Positions 29,991-42,457 of a stretch of DNA of 64,000 nt are shown in pieces. Source of the stretch: the human T2T-CHM13v2.0 reference genome, Homo sapiens; assembly GCF_009914755.1 (NCBI RefSeq), contig NC_060925.1. One strand, written 5' to 3'. The notes under the pieces were generated by a model. It was not told where the DNA came from. It did no database searches and saw only the letters and a program-made list of their open reading frames with translations. Each line of letters starts with the position of its first letter. Within the stretch, counting starts at the first letter, position 1. Position numbers and translations under genes: made by a program.

Positions 29991-30256
29991 CAGACATACC
30001 CTTAAATTTAACTTCTAAACAATACTGTTCTCTCCCTGAGAAGAGTTCTATGCCAGCCTCTTAAAGTAATGCTTTTTCTTCCAACCCACAGAAGAATGAC
30101 CGTTTGAAGGAAGGACATTTTAATGACAGGACTTTGTGATGATGAAGAGAGAAAATTTAGATTTCTGTCTTTGGGAGCTGGAAAAATTGGAGCTGCACTA
30201 TTAGAAATAATGTAATTAGGAAGGAAGAAAGAGTGTAAATAAAAATAGATGGCAGG

Positions 30257-30375
30257 GGCCGGGCGCGGTGGCTCAGGCTTGTAATCCCAGCACTTTGGGA
30301 GGCGGAGATGGGAGGATCACTTGATGCCAGGAGTTCAAGGCCAGCTTGATCAATAGAGTGAGATCCCATCTCTAT
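30257..30375 (+). mobile_element. FLAM / Alu left monomer
   Basis: GGCCGGGCGCGGTGGCTC...GAGATCCCATCTCTA, no right arm. Confidence 0.88.
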
Positions 30376-30428
30376 TTTATATAGAGATATACACATAAAA
30401 TGCATATCACAAAATGTATATAAAATGT

Positions 30429-30430
<2 letters not shown>

Positions 30431-30473
<43 letters not shown>

Positions 30474-30510
30474 CAGACAGATAGATAGATAGATAGACAG
30501 ACAGATAGAT
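30431..30510 (+). repeat. Compound tetranucleotide STR (AGAT)10(AGAC)2(AGAT)4(AGAC)2(AGAT)2
   Basis: Counted directly. Confidence 0.95.
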
Positions 30511-30740
30511 GGTGAGGAGGTGGGACAGGGATGGGAAGATAATGTATTTTAGGATGAAATGATTATGTGAGGTTTGGACATGATACATTAGAGGTAAGGG
30601 TGGGCATATTAAGGTAAAAATGTACTCTACGCCCTTGAAAACATAGAAAAAATGTCAGGTTATAAAGTCAGGCTGAAGAATGGACATCATCTCTGTGGGT
30701 CTCAGTTTACTCATCTGTAAAGTTGGGGTAGTAATAGAAT

Positions 30741-30935
<195 letters not shown>

Positions 30936-32095
30936 TAAACGACACAGAGCATGTGTTAATGATGTAGACACACAGAATAGAAACAGCATATTAGAAACAT
31001 ATTAGAAACCGCAGCAGCGAAGACCATGGGGGATAAAGAAAGACATGCATGGGTACAAAGTGAAGGCAAGGGCAGGATTGGACCCTAAATGGCCACCAAA
31101 ACACAGGGGCTAGGTTGGAGGGAACCACAGAGAGACAAGGCTGGGAATCTGCTCAGGTCTGTGGGAGAGGTGAACCAACCCAGGTAGGACCCTGGGGCTC
31201 CCGCCACGGCGACCTCATCTCTAAGGGCAGCAAGGCCCAAGAGAAGGTTAGATGTGCTGAGCACAGGCCCAGCTCACAAACAAGTCCTCTCTATACCTCT
31301 AACCTTGTTGATTCTATGAGCAGGATAATTTTGAGGGCTGGCCTGCTAATCTCAGAGAGGCAGGTGCTCTTGTGGGCGTTTTGGTGCCCTTTTCGTGTAA
31401 ATGTGCCACAGGGAAGTACATTCAGAATTGATTGGTGCTTTCTGCCTATGTTGGTATCCCCAGCTCATTCCCTTCACAATTTTCTCATCACGTAGGGACT
31501 TAAGGGATACGGTGAAGCAACCTGGCCAAACAGCCATATTATTTGTTTTCCTCTCTTTGGTATTTTAGAGGTGATGAAAAAGAATCTGTCATATTATTTA
31601 CAGTAAAATGCCACACATACAATCCCTTTGACATTCAAATCTGGACTTAAATACCGTGAAACATGCATGCCTTCCTTAAAGGATTGCTTCTCTAATGCAC
31701 ATAATTCATTGTTATCTCTACATGACCAGGTGTAATTTGAGGGACCAGAAGATTCATTTTCCTATTTAAAACAATGAAGGGGGTTGAGATCCTGATTTGT
31801 ATGGTAGCTGCTTTAGGCTGCCAGCTCTAGATATTTTCATCTTTGATCTAGGCTGGTGTCTGTTTCAGAGCAAAAGCAGCCAGGAGCAATCGGAAAGATA
31901 AGCACACACCAAGCGGGAACTTTTGCCAAGAGGGAAAATCTTATCTAACCCAACTGGCACAAAGATGTGCTTGTCCCCTAGCGCAAATTGAGAAGAGTCT
32001 TGAGGTCAAGGAGGAAGGTGGAAATGGCCTGGAGGTCACACAGCCCTTGCCTCTGTCATAACGATGGGTCTTCCTATCAAAGAGTTGTTCGGGAC

Positions 32096-32530
32096 TGTGT
32101 TAGTCCAGGTCCTCTGGGAAGCAGATGGCAAGAGATTTACTGGGGGAAATGTCAGAAGGATAAAGAGGAAAAAGCAGGAGAAGGGAGGAAAGGCTTCAGA
32201 CTGTGATGCTGGCCTGGGCCCTGTGGAGGAGAGAGAGAAGGCAGGATGATTGATTGGGCTGGAAGAGTTGCAGTAGTGCTGTTCCAAGAAAGATTTGACG
32301 AGGCCCATGAGGGATCTCCCAAATCAAAGTGGCTCCTCAAAGGAGGCCCCCGTCCTGCAGGAATGGATCTGCTTTAGCACCTCCACTTTGCTCAGTCATT
32401 GACTGGGACCAGCCTGGGGGATGCCTGGCCTCGGTGCCAGTACAGCGATGGGCGCATCTGCAGCACCAGTCAGCCTCGCTCCATGCTGTGGAAGACCCAA
32501 GTGGCACATTCTCATGGCTACCCCAAGGAC
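32096..32530 (-). mobile_element. Old ERVL LTR (LTR16/LTR33-like)
   Basis: TGTGTTAGTCCAGGTCCTCTGGGAAGCAGATGGCAAGAG...TTCAGACTGTGATGCTGG...TGCTCAGTCATTGACTGGGA. Confidence 0.55.
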
Positions 32531-32744
32531 GATTTGCAAGAAGTCATGTCTAAAAAGCCTGATAAAGATCCTTGTGAAAATGTCCATGACTCAGTTACCA
32601 ATAGCAATGAATTCTACTCAAACTGACCACTGCTCATTTAAATGGTTCTGAAAGTCAAGGGACAAAAGTGGGGATCCCTACATGTGGGGATTGAGCAGAG
32701 ACTGAATCTGGCTGTAGGTTTTGAGCTGTGTCCTACCCTATGAA

Positions 32745-33531
32745 CTGTTTTTACGACACCCCTCCTGACACCAAATGGTTGGGATTTTACCAACTAATTC
32801 TGTAACTCTCCAGACACTAACTGGGTGTCCTACATTTCAATTCAATTCTGACTCTAACCACCTGGAGTTAGCGCAGACCCCATAGGTTCTAGGGCTCAGT
32901 CCCACATGACCGCCCTTCAACTTCAGACAGTCACAAGTCCTGGGCCTCCCATACTCTTGACAAGCTGGCTATAAAGTTGGGGGTTCCCATGACTCCCCCT
33001 CAGGTCCAATAATTTGCTAAAATGGCTCACAAAACTCAGGGAAACATTTTATTTACATTATAAAGGATGTAACTCAGGAACAGCCAACTGGAGGAGATGT
33101 GTAGGGCAAGAGATGGGGATAGGGGTGCATTGTGCTTCCATGCCCACTCTGGTGCTCCACTCTCCCAGCACCTCAGTATGTTTACCAACCTGGAAGCTCT
33201 CGTAGCCCTATCATTTAGGGGTTTTTAATGGAGGTTTCATCACATAGGCATGATGGATGAAATCACTGGCCATTGATGATAAGCTCAATCTCCCAACCCA
33301 CCCCTTCCCAGGAGGCTGGGGTTGTGGCTGAGAGTTCCCACCCTCTAACAATGGCTTGGTCTTTCTGGTGACGAGCCCCCAGCCTGAAGCTATCAAGGGA
33401 CCCAAAAACAGCGGTCTCATTAGAACAAAAAAGACACTGTTATCATGCAGAAAATCCCAAGGGATTTAAGAGCTCTGGTGCCAGGAACCAGAGACAAAGA
33501 ACAAAGTCATATTTTTTTTTATTATATCACG
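32745..33531 (-). mobile_element. MER21-type LTR (MER21B/C)
   Basis: The minus strand starts GTGATATAATAAAAAAAAATATGACTTTGTTCTTTGTCTCTGGTTCCTGGCACCAGAGCTC; internal CAATTCAATTCTGACTCTAACCACCTGGAGTTAGCG. Confidence 0.8.
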
Positions 33532-34373
33532 CACATACTGTCAGTGTGTCACTGAGTTTATTGTAGTAATAATAGTAATAATAACCACTACAACCTCTAC
33601 AAAGGACAGAACTAGGTTCTCATGCTTGCTAAGAGTGATGCCTACCATAAAAAGCCACAGCAGAATTTTCTTACTCTCATGTATAATTTCCAAACCCTTC
33701 CAAATGAGGATAACAGCCTGTGCCCAAGGCATCCTTTAATAAGAGAGGGACAGGGCAGCCAGTCAGGGGGGAATGAAGGCTCACCAGCCAGAGAGGCACA
33801 TGGGAGAAGCTGACGCAGTGTGCAAAACCAGCAACTGACAACCGAGGGACTCAAGGGCCTCCATAACTTGCCCACTCTTCTGTCCCACACGCTCTGGGGA
33901 TGGCTTCCTCCAAGATTTCAGCCAGGCAGCCTCCCTCCACTCTCTTCCCACCCCTCCCCTACTGCCTCAGACCTGCCCTGGCTTTCTTTCTGAAGGAGCC
34001 TCTGGTAGGGAGAGGACAACTTAAGGTTTGCAGGTTTACCATATATTAATTTGACCAATTAATTGCTATTTAGCCTTTTGTATCTGCCAGGATCCTTTTA
34101 AACACAAACTGGTTAATTCTTACATCCCTTTGGTTTTTCCTCTGGGCCTAGGCTCATGCTATGAACATATTAGATGCTCAATGCATACTTATTGACCAGT
34201 TTGTTTATTCTGTGAATAAATACTATCCAAAGTGTGTTAAGAGCCCTTGCAGCACAGTGATTGCATCACAGAACCCAGCGCTGGTTACAGATTGCCTTTA
34301 TCTAGAAGGCTTCGGTTATGAAAATACTGTCTTCCAACTGGACTAGAAGGAACTTAAGGGCAGGAAGAAGTAC

Positions 34374-35057
34374 AGATTGATCCACCATCTTCTTTCCTGC
34401 AACTCTAGAAACCAAAAAGTTCTGAGAATGAACGTGGCTTTGTTCAAAGTTTGAGGTGAACTCCCTTGGCGGTAAAACATGACCTGAACTGATATAAGAC
34501 TACAGTCTTCGTTTATCCTCATAGAATGAATATTCATACATTCCACTCCAAATATTAATGTGTTGCTCGCCTAGTGCTGGCCCAGACCCCACTTGCGGCA
34601 TTACGTAATGTATAGTGGGGAGCTGAATTACCTTTTGCTATGGTCTGAATGTCCCCCAAGATTCATGTGTTGAAACTTAATTGCCAGTGTGACAGTATGA
34701 AGAGGTGGGGCTTTTAGGAGGTGATTAAGTGATGCGGGCAGAGCCCTGATTAAAAAAACTCGGGAGAACTAGCAAGCCCCTTTGCCCTTCAGGCTTCCGC
34801 CAAGTGAAGATGCAGCAACAAGGCACCATTATGGAAGCAGAGACCCCTCATTAGGCACCCAACCTGCCTGCGTCTTTCTCTTGGACGTCCCAGCCTCCAG
34901 AACTGTGAGAAATAAATTCCTAATATTTATAAATGACCCAGGCTGTGGTGTTTGTTATGGCAGCAGGAACAAACTAAGATACCTTTCTAAATGTGAAAAA
35001 TTCTGACTTAGAAACATACCTGACTCTAGAGATTTTGCATAAAAGGTTGTAGTCCTG
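34374..35057 (-). mobile_element. MER46C-like (TcMar-Tigger MITE) split by an MST LTR
   Basis: GGCGGTAAAACATGACCTGAACTGA...GAATATTCATAC...CCCAGACCCCAC on the left; CCTTTCTAAATGTGAAAAATTCTGA...GTAGTCCTG on the right. Confidence 0.6.
34636..34981 (+). mobile_element. MaLR solo LTR (MSTD/MLT1A-like)
   Basis: TGCTATGGTCTGAATGTCCCCCAAG...AACAAACTAAGATA; 5-bp TSD CCTTT at 34631-34635 and 34982-34986. Confidence 0.88.
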
Positions 35058-35077
35058 AATTCTGCATCAATCAATAT

Positions 35078-35600
35078 AGTTGCAGAAGCAAGTAACTGAT
35101 AGTCCCACACAAATTGGCTTAAATAATAAAAAGAATGTATTGACTCACACAACTAAAAGTCTATAAATTGCGTGGCTTTCAGGCATGGTTTAATCAAGAG
35201 GTTCGAAGTTATTAAAGCCCTACGTCCTCTGTCTCCAATATTCTTGCCTTTACACTCCTTTGTCTTTTGGCTTTATCCTAGATTGTCTTTACACATTGTA
35301 GCAAAAATGATTGCAGTAGTTCCAGGCCTTGCAGGGGCACCCCACGTGGCTCAGAGGAAGAAAGAACATCTTTGTCCTGGTACTCCAAGAAAAAAGTCCC
35401 ATGGCCACACCTGAATGGCCACACTAGATGTGTTTGGGTGGGGTGGGAGGTAAATTGGGCTGATTAGTTTTGCCTAGGACAAGCATGCTACCTCTAGGGC
35501 TAGGGCAAAATTAGTTGACCTGAAGCCACATGGATCTCCAAACAAAAACCAGGAATGATAGGGAAGTGGAAGGAAAAATGAATACTGTGGAGGTAACAAC
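35078..35600 (-). mobile_element. Old MaLR LTR (MLT1I/J-like)
   Basis: GTTGCAGAAGCAAGTAACTGA...GGCTTAAATAATAAAAGAATGTATTGACTCAC...GGCTTTCAGGCATGGTTTAATC. Confidence 0.55.
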
Positions 35601-35737
35601 CACCTCATTGCCTTTTACTCTGTAGTCAACACACTCCTGAGCGTATTAAAAACACTTAACATATACTGGCCTGTGTTCAACTCAAACCTGATCCCCAATG
35701 GTCAACAAGGATTCTGTTTTCTTTATGTTATTAGCTT

Positions 35738-35738
35738 G

Positions 35739-35801
<63 letters not shown>

Positions 35802-35837
35802 TTTCTTTCTCTCTTCTTTCTTTCTTTCTTTCTTTTC

Positions 35838-35893
<56 letters not shown>

Positions 35894-36065
35894 TTCTTTT
35901 CTTTTCTTTCCTTCTTTCAACAGTCTTGCTCTGTCATCATCCAGGCTGGAGTGTAATGCCACGATCATAGCTCACTGCAGCCTCCAACTCCTGGGCTCAA
36001 GTAAATCCTCCTGCTTCAGCCCCCCAAAGTGTTGGAATTACAGGCATGAGCCACTGTGTCTGGCC
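35738..36065 (-). mobile_element. Alu monomer (FRAM/FAM-like) whose tail has expanded into ~180 bp of (CTTT)n
   Basis: Reverse monomer 35919-36065; 18-bp TSD TCTTTAT(G/A)T(T/C)ATTAGCTT at 35720-35737 and 36066-36083. Confidence 0.88.
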
Positions 36066-36806
36066 TCTTTATATCATTAGCTTTCTACCCTCCTTTATGA
36101 TCCTATGCAGCTTCCCATGTGCTTATCTTAAAGTATTTATTCTATGCATTATATTCTACCTTGTATCAGTCATTTGTGTAAATATCATCTACCTTATTGA
36201 ACTCTAAGCTCCTTTAGGTGGGATCTAGATTTAGGTGGGGTTCTAGCTTGGTTCTGTGCTTAGTATATATCTTGCAATGAAAAACATTCAATGAGTGTTG
36301 GTTGATCCAAGTCTATTCCCCACCTCAGATCAAGGTATTAGCAATGGAAAGAACTCAGGAAAGCAGGGAGGGTGGAGTAGAGATGGATGGAGAGAGAATG
36401 ATGCTCTCTTTACATGTTTTTCACTGGGAACCTACCTAAAAGCTCCACACATATCACACTAAGGTAAAGTGATTTGGGGAGCAAGAAACAGAAAACCCAG
36501 ACTGAACTGCCTTGAATAATAAAGTTGACGTATTAGTTCACAAACTGGAAACTTTTGAGCCAGGGCAAGCTTTGGACCCAGCAGCTCAAGACTGTGAACA
36601 TAAACCCAGTTAGTTTCCTTTCTCCAGGACTAACTTCCTCATGGTTGCCAAATAGCTGCAAGCAGTTCCAGGCATCTCATTTACACACCACACTGTCTAG
36701 AACGCATGCACAGCTTGAATGAAAAAGTGGCCAGGGGAAGGGGAAGACAGACAAGACTCACCTTTGGAAACAGAGATGGGTCAGCTTTTCCCTAAGAATT
36801 GCATGG

Positions 36807-37245
36807 TGTGTTTGTTTGCTAGTGCTGTCTTAACGTAGTACCGCAACCTGGGTGGCTTAAACAACAGAAATTGATCGCCTCGTACTTCTGGAGGCTTGAA
36901 GTTCAAAATCAAGGTTTCCACAGCATTGGTTCCTTCTGAGGGCTGTGAGGGAAGGATCTGCTCCAGACCCCTCTCTCTCTGGCTTTTAGATGGTCATCTT
37001 CTCCCTGTGCCTCTTCACAGTGTCTTTTTTCTATGCATGACTGTCACTGTGTCCAAATTTTCCCTTCTATAAGGACATCAGTCATATTGGATTGGGGTCC
37101 CACCCTACTCCAGTATAGCCTCATTGTAACTTAATTAATTACATATACAATGACCTTATTTCCAAATACGGTATAGAGGTACCGAGGTTAGGTCTTCATC
37201 ACACAAATGTGTTGGGAGTGAAGGAGAACATTTCAACCTCTAACA
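36807..37245 (-). mobile_element. MaLR solo LTR (MLT1B-like) nested in an older MLT1 relic (~36480-37350)
   Basis: GGGTGGCTTAAACAACAGAAATT...TTCCTTCTGAGGGCTGTGAGGGAAGGATCTG...TTCAACCTCTAACA. Flanks CATGG/TGTGG are consistent with a CpG-decayed CGTGG TSD. Confidence 0.85.
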
Positions 37246-38149
37246 TGTGGGAGGGAGGAGTGGATGGGATAGCTAAATGAAAATCAGGATTCTGTTAGGG
37301 AGAAGAAACAAGGAAATGGGTTCTGGGTCAGCAGTGGTAAAGGTCTCATAGTGATCTCTTTCTACAACAAAAAAAGTGCAGATGAGGCTTTCAGGGACAG
37401 CGATTGTGGAAAATCATTTTCCCTCTCGCTAGCACATGGTAGATGATGGATGAGATGACAGTAAGCCCTAAGAGATGGTTTCCTCCCTCACACTGTCTTC
37501 CACCTCTGTGGTTTCACTGGATAGTCTCTCTCCAGCAATCATGTGCTATTTAGCCCTGAGATGCTCTGAGATGCTTTTGAACATTACCCAGTTAATCCTC
37601 ATGATGCCTGCTGGGATTTCTCTTAGAGAAGAGACTCTCAAGGAGATTTATGGCAGAAATGCCCAGAAATGAGAATCCTGAAGCCACCCCACAGTCCCAA
37701 GCATTTCTATTGGCCCAGAATATTCAGCATTAAAGAGTGAAGACCACGTTTTCAGCTTTGGTAGTGTCTGGACGCCCTGATGGGGAGAGATAGCCTCACT
37801 GGTGGTGTCCGCGGGAATGTGGAAGTGAAGATGCCCCTCTGTAGAGCGCAGACACTTTATCTCATCTCAGACAGGGCTCTATGGAGGAATGGGCTGGAAA
37901 AGAATGAAGGTCACAGGGTGACCTGGGCTATGCAGAGGTGCCTGGAACACTCAAAGGAATCCCTTCAACCTGGGAAACAGAAAACGCTACCACTTGGAGC
38001 CCAAGTTATGTAGAGCATCTTGTTCAGAAAAACTCAGTTGAGATCAAGTATGACATAGCCTTACTACTTTCTATTAAAGAGGCCAACATCAACTCTAAGG
38101 GGAAGTTATATGGGATACATGGTTCTTTTATATTGTTTTGGTTTCTAAG

Positions 38150-38612
38150 AGCTTCTTTGGGATATGATTGATATACTATAAATTGCATGCATTTGAAGTG
38201 TACAATTTGATAATTTGTGATGTATGTATACAACTGTGACAGCATCACCATTATCAAGATAATGAAAATATCCATCACCACAAAGAGCCTCCTCCCACTC
38301 CTTCTCTCCCACCATGCTCCATCCCTTTCCTTAGGCAACCACCACTCTCCTTTCTGTTGCTGTAGATTAGTTTGCTTTTTCGAGACTTCTATATAAATGA
38401 GATCATACAGTATGTACCCTTGTTTTGGTACATACTACAATGCTGTGTGCATCAATGTTTATTCCTTTTCATTTTTGAGGAGCAGTCCATGATCTGCATG
38501 TTCATTGACCACAATTTGTTTATCCAGTCACATGTTGATGGATATTTGGATTGTTTTCCATTTCTGGCTATTTTATAAATAAAGCTGCTGTGAACATTCA
38601 TGGGAAAGTCTT
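38150..38612 (-). mobile_element. L1MB/L1ME 3' end
   Basis: TTGAAGTGTACAATTTGAT...GGCAACCACCACTCTCCTTTCTG...AAAGCTGCTGTGAACATTCATG. Confidence 0.8.
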
Positions 38613-39094
38613 TGGACCTGAGGCACGCTGTTCAGTGGTGGCATATCAGCTTAGTGGGGCTGGTTTTACTTTCTGCATGTGGGTATGTGCAAGTAGTTCT
38701 AGCAAGATCCCCAAGCTGTGCTCAGCAGAGGCTGGCCTGCTGCGACTGCCGTCTCAGGCCATCTTTAGGGTCCTCGTCCTCTTCCTCAGGGCATCATCCC
38801 TGGCTTTTGCTTTGCTCTCCTTCGTTCCTCAGCCCCTACTGCTGCCATAATTAGTGACTAGACTGGAACTTAGGGAAAATAGACATCTGGGGAAGAAGTA
38901 CCTTTAAGAGGATCTAGGATTTACTTTCTTAAAATCAACTCTAAATCCTCCATTATCACCCAGCAAACCAGCTGGCATATGCAAAACCACACTTAGACCT
39001 AGGCAACAGCAGCCACTTCTCTGGACCCTGTAACTGGAGTTTCTCCTTTTGCCCTCCTCTAATCACACCCACTTCACAGCACAAAGAGGCCACC

Positions 39095-39470
39095 TGATAT
39101 GGTTTTGCTGCATCCCCACTCAAATCTCATCTTGAATTGTAGTTCCCATAATCCCCACATGTTGTTGGGGGGGACCCAGTGGGAGGTAATTGAATCATGG
39201 GGGTGGTTACCCCCATGCTACTGTTCTGTGATGGTGAGTGAGTTCTCACAAGTCCTGATGGTTTTATAAGGGGCTTTTCCTCCTTTTGCTTGGCACTTCC
39301 CCTTCCTGCCGTCATGTGAAGAAGGACGTGTTTGCTTCCCGTTCCACCATGATCATAAGTTTCCTGAGGCCTCCCCAGCCATGTGGAACTGTGAGTCAAT
39401 TAAACCTCCTTCCTTTATAAATTACCCAGTCTCAGGCCATCCTTTATAGGAATGAGAATGGCCTAATGTA
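39095..39470 (+). mobile_element. THE1 (THE1C/D) solo LTR
   Basis: TGATATGGTTTTGCTGCATCCCCACTCAAATCTCATCTTGAATTG...GGCCTAATGTA; TSD CCACC at 39090-39094 and 39471-39475. Confidence 0.92.
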
Positions 39471-40346
39471 CCACCCAAAGTCTGCACCATCATCACCCCA
39501 CCCTGTCCACACTCTCCATGCCAGGGACCCAGAATCACTTGCCCAGGTGACTCCAGCCCACTTGTAGGATGTCCATGTGGTGCTCTCCAGCTCTGAGCTG
39601 CCTGAAAGTTAGGTAGCTGTGGGCAGAGGGTATGGATGGAGCTTGCACATGTCTGTGAGTGCATCCTCATGGGTGTGCACACTCACGTGTGGGTACACTA
39701 GCACACATGGCCCTTTGAAGTGTGTGTTGGAGTAAGGAGTGAAAGAGATGGGGAGGGACCATGGCCAGGGCCTGGGGGCCAGGAGCCAACTCTTCCCATG
39801 CTCCCAGCACAGAACAAGAAGAAGTTCAAGAATTTTAAATGTAAGCCTGGCCTACAGAATGTTGGGAAAGTCTATTTGTCAAGGGGGAGGCTACACCATA
39901 TTTCCCTTCACAGTGCTTTGGCTTGATTCAGAACTTTTATGTCTTTAGACATTTGATGCATGGGCCTCCACTTGTACTCTTGTACTTGTATTCTTGCCTT
40001 GCCCCCCATTAGGGATGGGCCGAGGTCCACTGCCCTCCTCCTGCATCACATAACTCTCATGTTATATGTGGCTTTTACTGCTTTCTTTTCCCCTCCTGAG
40101 TTATCCTTCATGTTTACTTCAATCTTTTTTCAATTTCATAAATATTGAAAGTGTGAATTGGGTGGGGGAAAGGGGGAAACACATTTAGTGTGATCTGCCC
40201 CAAGCCTGCACACCTGGAGGCCAGGTTCTGCTGCAACTTCAGAGTAAGGAGTTGATGTTTCTTGTCAAGATTATGGAAATCAGGGTAGAGTCTTTGCTTT
40301 GAGGTCAGGCAGCTTGTTTTCCTGCTAAAAAGCTACTTTGACCACC

Positions 40347-40775
40347 ATTGTGGAAGAGCAATTGCAAAAATGGCTCTAATTATCCACTTCTCCACCCTTT
40401 CATTGCAATATGACTTTGTGGCTTCTCTCCTCCTATTAAGAGATGGGATGTATCCCCCTCTTACCTCAGACCTAGGCTGTCTGTGTGACTCACTGTGATG
40501 AATAGAACGTGGCAGAAGGGACACTGTGCCAGCCCCACGCGCGGGCCTCCAGGGGTGTTTCTGCACATTTACTGTCTCTCAGACCCCCACTTCTGCTATG
40601 AAAATAAGGCTGAGCCAGACTGCTCCATGACAGGCCACATGAGGCAGCCAGGACCATCCCGGCCAAGGCCACCAGCAGCCCATCCAATGACTGCCCAGAG
40701 ATGCATGGATGAGCTCAGCTGAAATGAGCTAAGCTTGACCCAGGTCAGCAGAACCAGCCATCCAACACATACTCA
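40347..40775 (+). mobile_element. MaLR LTR (MLT1G/H-like)
   Basis: TGTGGAAGAGCAATTGCAAAAATGGC...CCAGAGATGCATGGATGAGCTCAGCTGA...GCAGAACCAGCCA. Confidence 0.6.
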
Positions 40776-41162
40776 GGAATGTCAGAAAGTCAACAAACCC
40801 AGATTTTATCGGTTACGTGGTCTTTCATGAAACTCCACTAACCTGCAAAGTGTTGTGTAAAATAAGAAATGTTTTCATATAAGTTCAGAAAATTCTAAGT
40901 TAACCTGGTTTAAAAAAGTTAAACCTGTTTTTTCCCTTCAAGACTTCTCAGAACTTTTAATACAGATCTAATCAGTATGCCTAACCAATGCAGGCACAAG
41001 AAACTCCATCAGATCTATGTGCAAAATCATGGCAAAAAAAAAAGTAAAGTCACTAATTAGGCCCTAATATGTGCATTTCCTGAAACGTGGATTAAACTGC
41101 ATGATAATTCAATTCTTCCTCAACCTTGTCCTATTGGGATGGACAAGTTATCAAAATGAATC

Positions 41163-42457
41163 AATGGCACTAAAAGCACAGGCAACAAAAGTAAAAATAG
41201 ATAAATTAGATTACATCAAAAGTTAAAACTGTGCATCAAAGGACACAACCAACAAAATGAAAAGGCAACCTACAGAATGATAGGCAGTATTTGCAATACA
41301 TATTTGAAAAGGGAGCTAATATCCAGAATATATGAAGAATTCCTACAACGTAACAACAAAAAAACCCAAATAACCCAATTTAAAAATGGACAAAGGACTT
41401 GAATAGACATTTCTCCAAAGGAGATACTCAAATGGCCACAAAGCACATGTAAAAATGCTCAACATCACTAATCATTAGGGAAATGCAAATCAAAGTCACA
41501 ACGAGATTTCACCTCACACCTGTTAGGATGGCTAACAAGGAAGGAAAGAAGGAAGGGAGGAGGGAGGGAGGAAGGGAAGGCAGGAGGGGAAGGAATAAAG
41601 GTAGAGAAAGAAAGGAAAAGAAAAGAAAAGACAGAAAGGAAGGAAGGAAGGAGAAAGAAAGAAAGAAAAAGAAAGAAAGAAAGACAGAAAGAAAGAAAAA
41701 AGGAAGGAAGGAAGCAAGTGAGGGACAGAGGGAGAGAAAGAAGGAAGGAAGGAAGGAAGGAAAGAAGGAAGGAGAAACTAGCAAGTGTTGGCAAGGACGT
41801 AGAGAAATTGGAACTCTTGTGCACTATTGGTGGAAATATAAGAAGGTGTAGCCACTGTGGAAAACAATATGGTGTTTGCTAAAAAATTTAAAAAAAAACT
41901 ATTATATAATCCAGCAATTCCACTTCTGGGTATATAACAAAATGTATTGAAATCAGGGACTCAAAGAGATATTTGTATACCCATGTTCAAAGCCGCATTT
42001 TTCACAATGGCCAAAAGTGAAAGGAAACCAAGTGTCCATCAACTGATAAGTGGATAAACATAATATGGTACATACATACAATGGAACATTATTCAGCCCT
42101 AAAAAGGAAGGGACTCTGGCAATGCTACAACATGGATGAATCTTGAGGACATTATGTTAAGTGAAATAAGATACAAAAAAAATTTTATGATTCCATTTAT
42201 ATACGATATCTAAAGCAGTCAAAATTATAGAGGCAGCAGAAGGGTGATTGCCAGGGACTGGGGGTAGGTGAAAATAGGGAGTTGTTGTTTAATGGGTATA
42301 GAGTTTCAGTTTGGGAAGACAAAAAAGTTCTGGAGATTGGTTGCACCACAATGTGAATGTACTTAACAACACAGAATTGTAAAATTAAAAATTGTTAAAA
42401 TGGTAAATTTTATGTTCTGTATATTTAATCACAATTAAGAAGAAAACAAGAAAAAAA
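41163..42457 (+). mobile_element. 5'-truncated L1MB
   Basis: ORF2 C-terminus plus L1MB 3'UTR (GGGTATAGAGTTTCAGTTTGGGAAGAC...TTAAAATGGTAAATTTTATG) and A-tail. Confidence 0.85.
41537..41777 (+). repeat. ~240-bp polypurine (GGAA/GAAA/GGGA) tract inside the L1MB
   Basis: Visible directly in the sequence. Confidence 0.95.

Noticed and set aside
35673-36080. F/L/S-rich and K/E/R-rich ORFs (also 13118-13388, 41468-41851, 56494-56763)
   Set aside because: Translations of CTTT/GGAA microsatellites and Alu tails.
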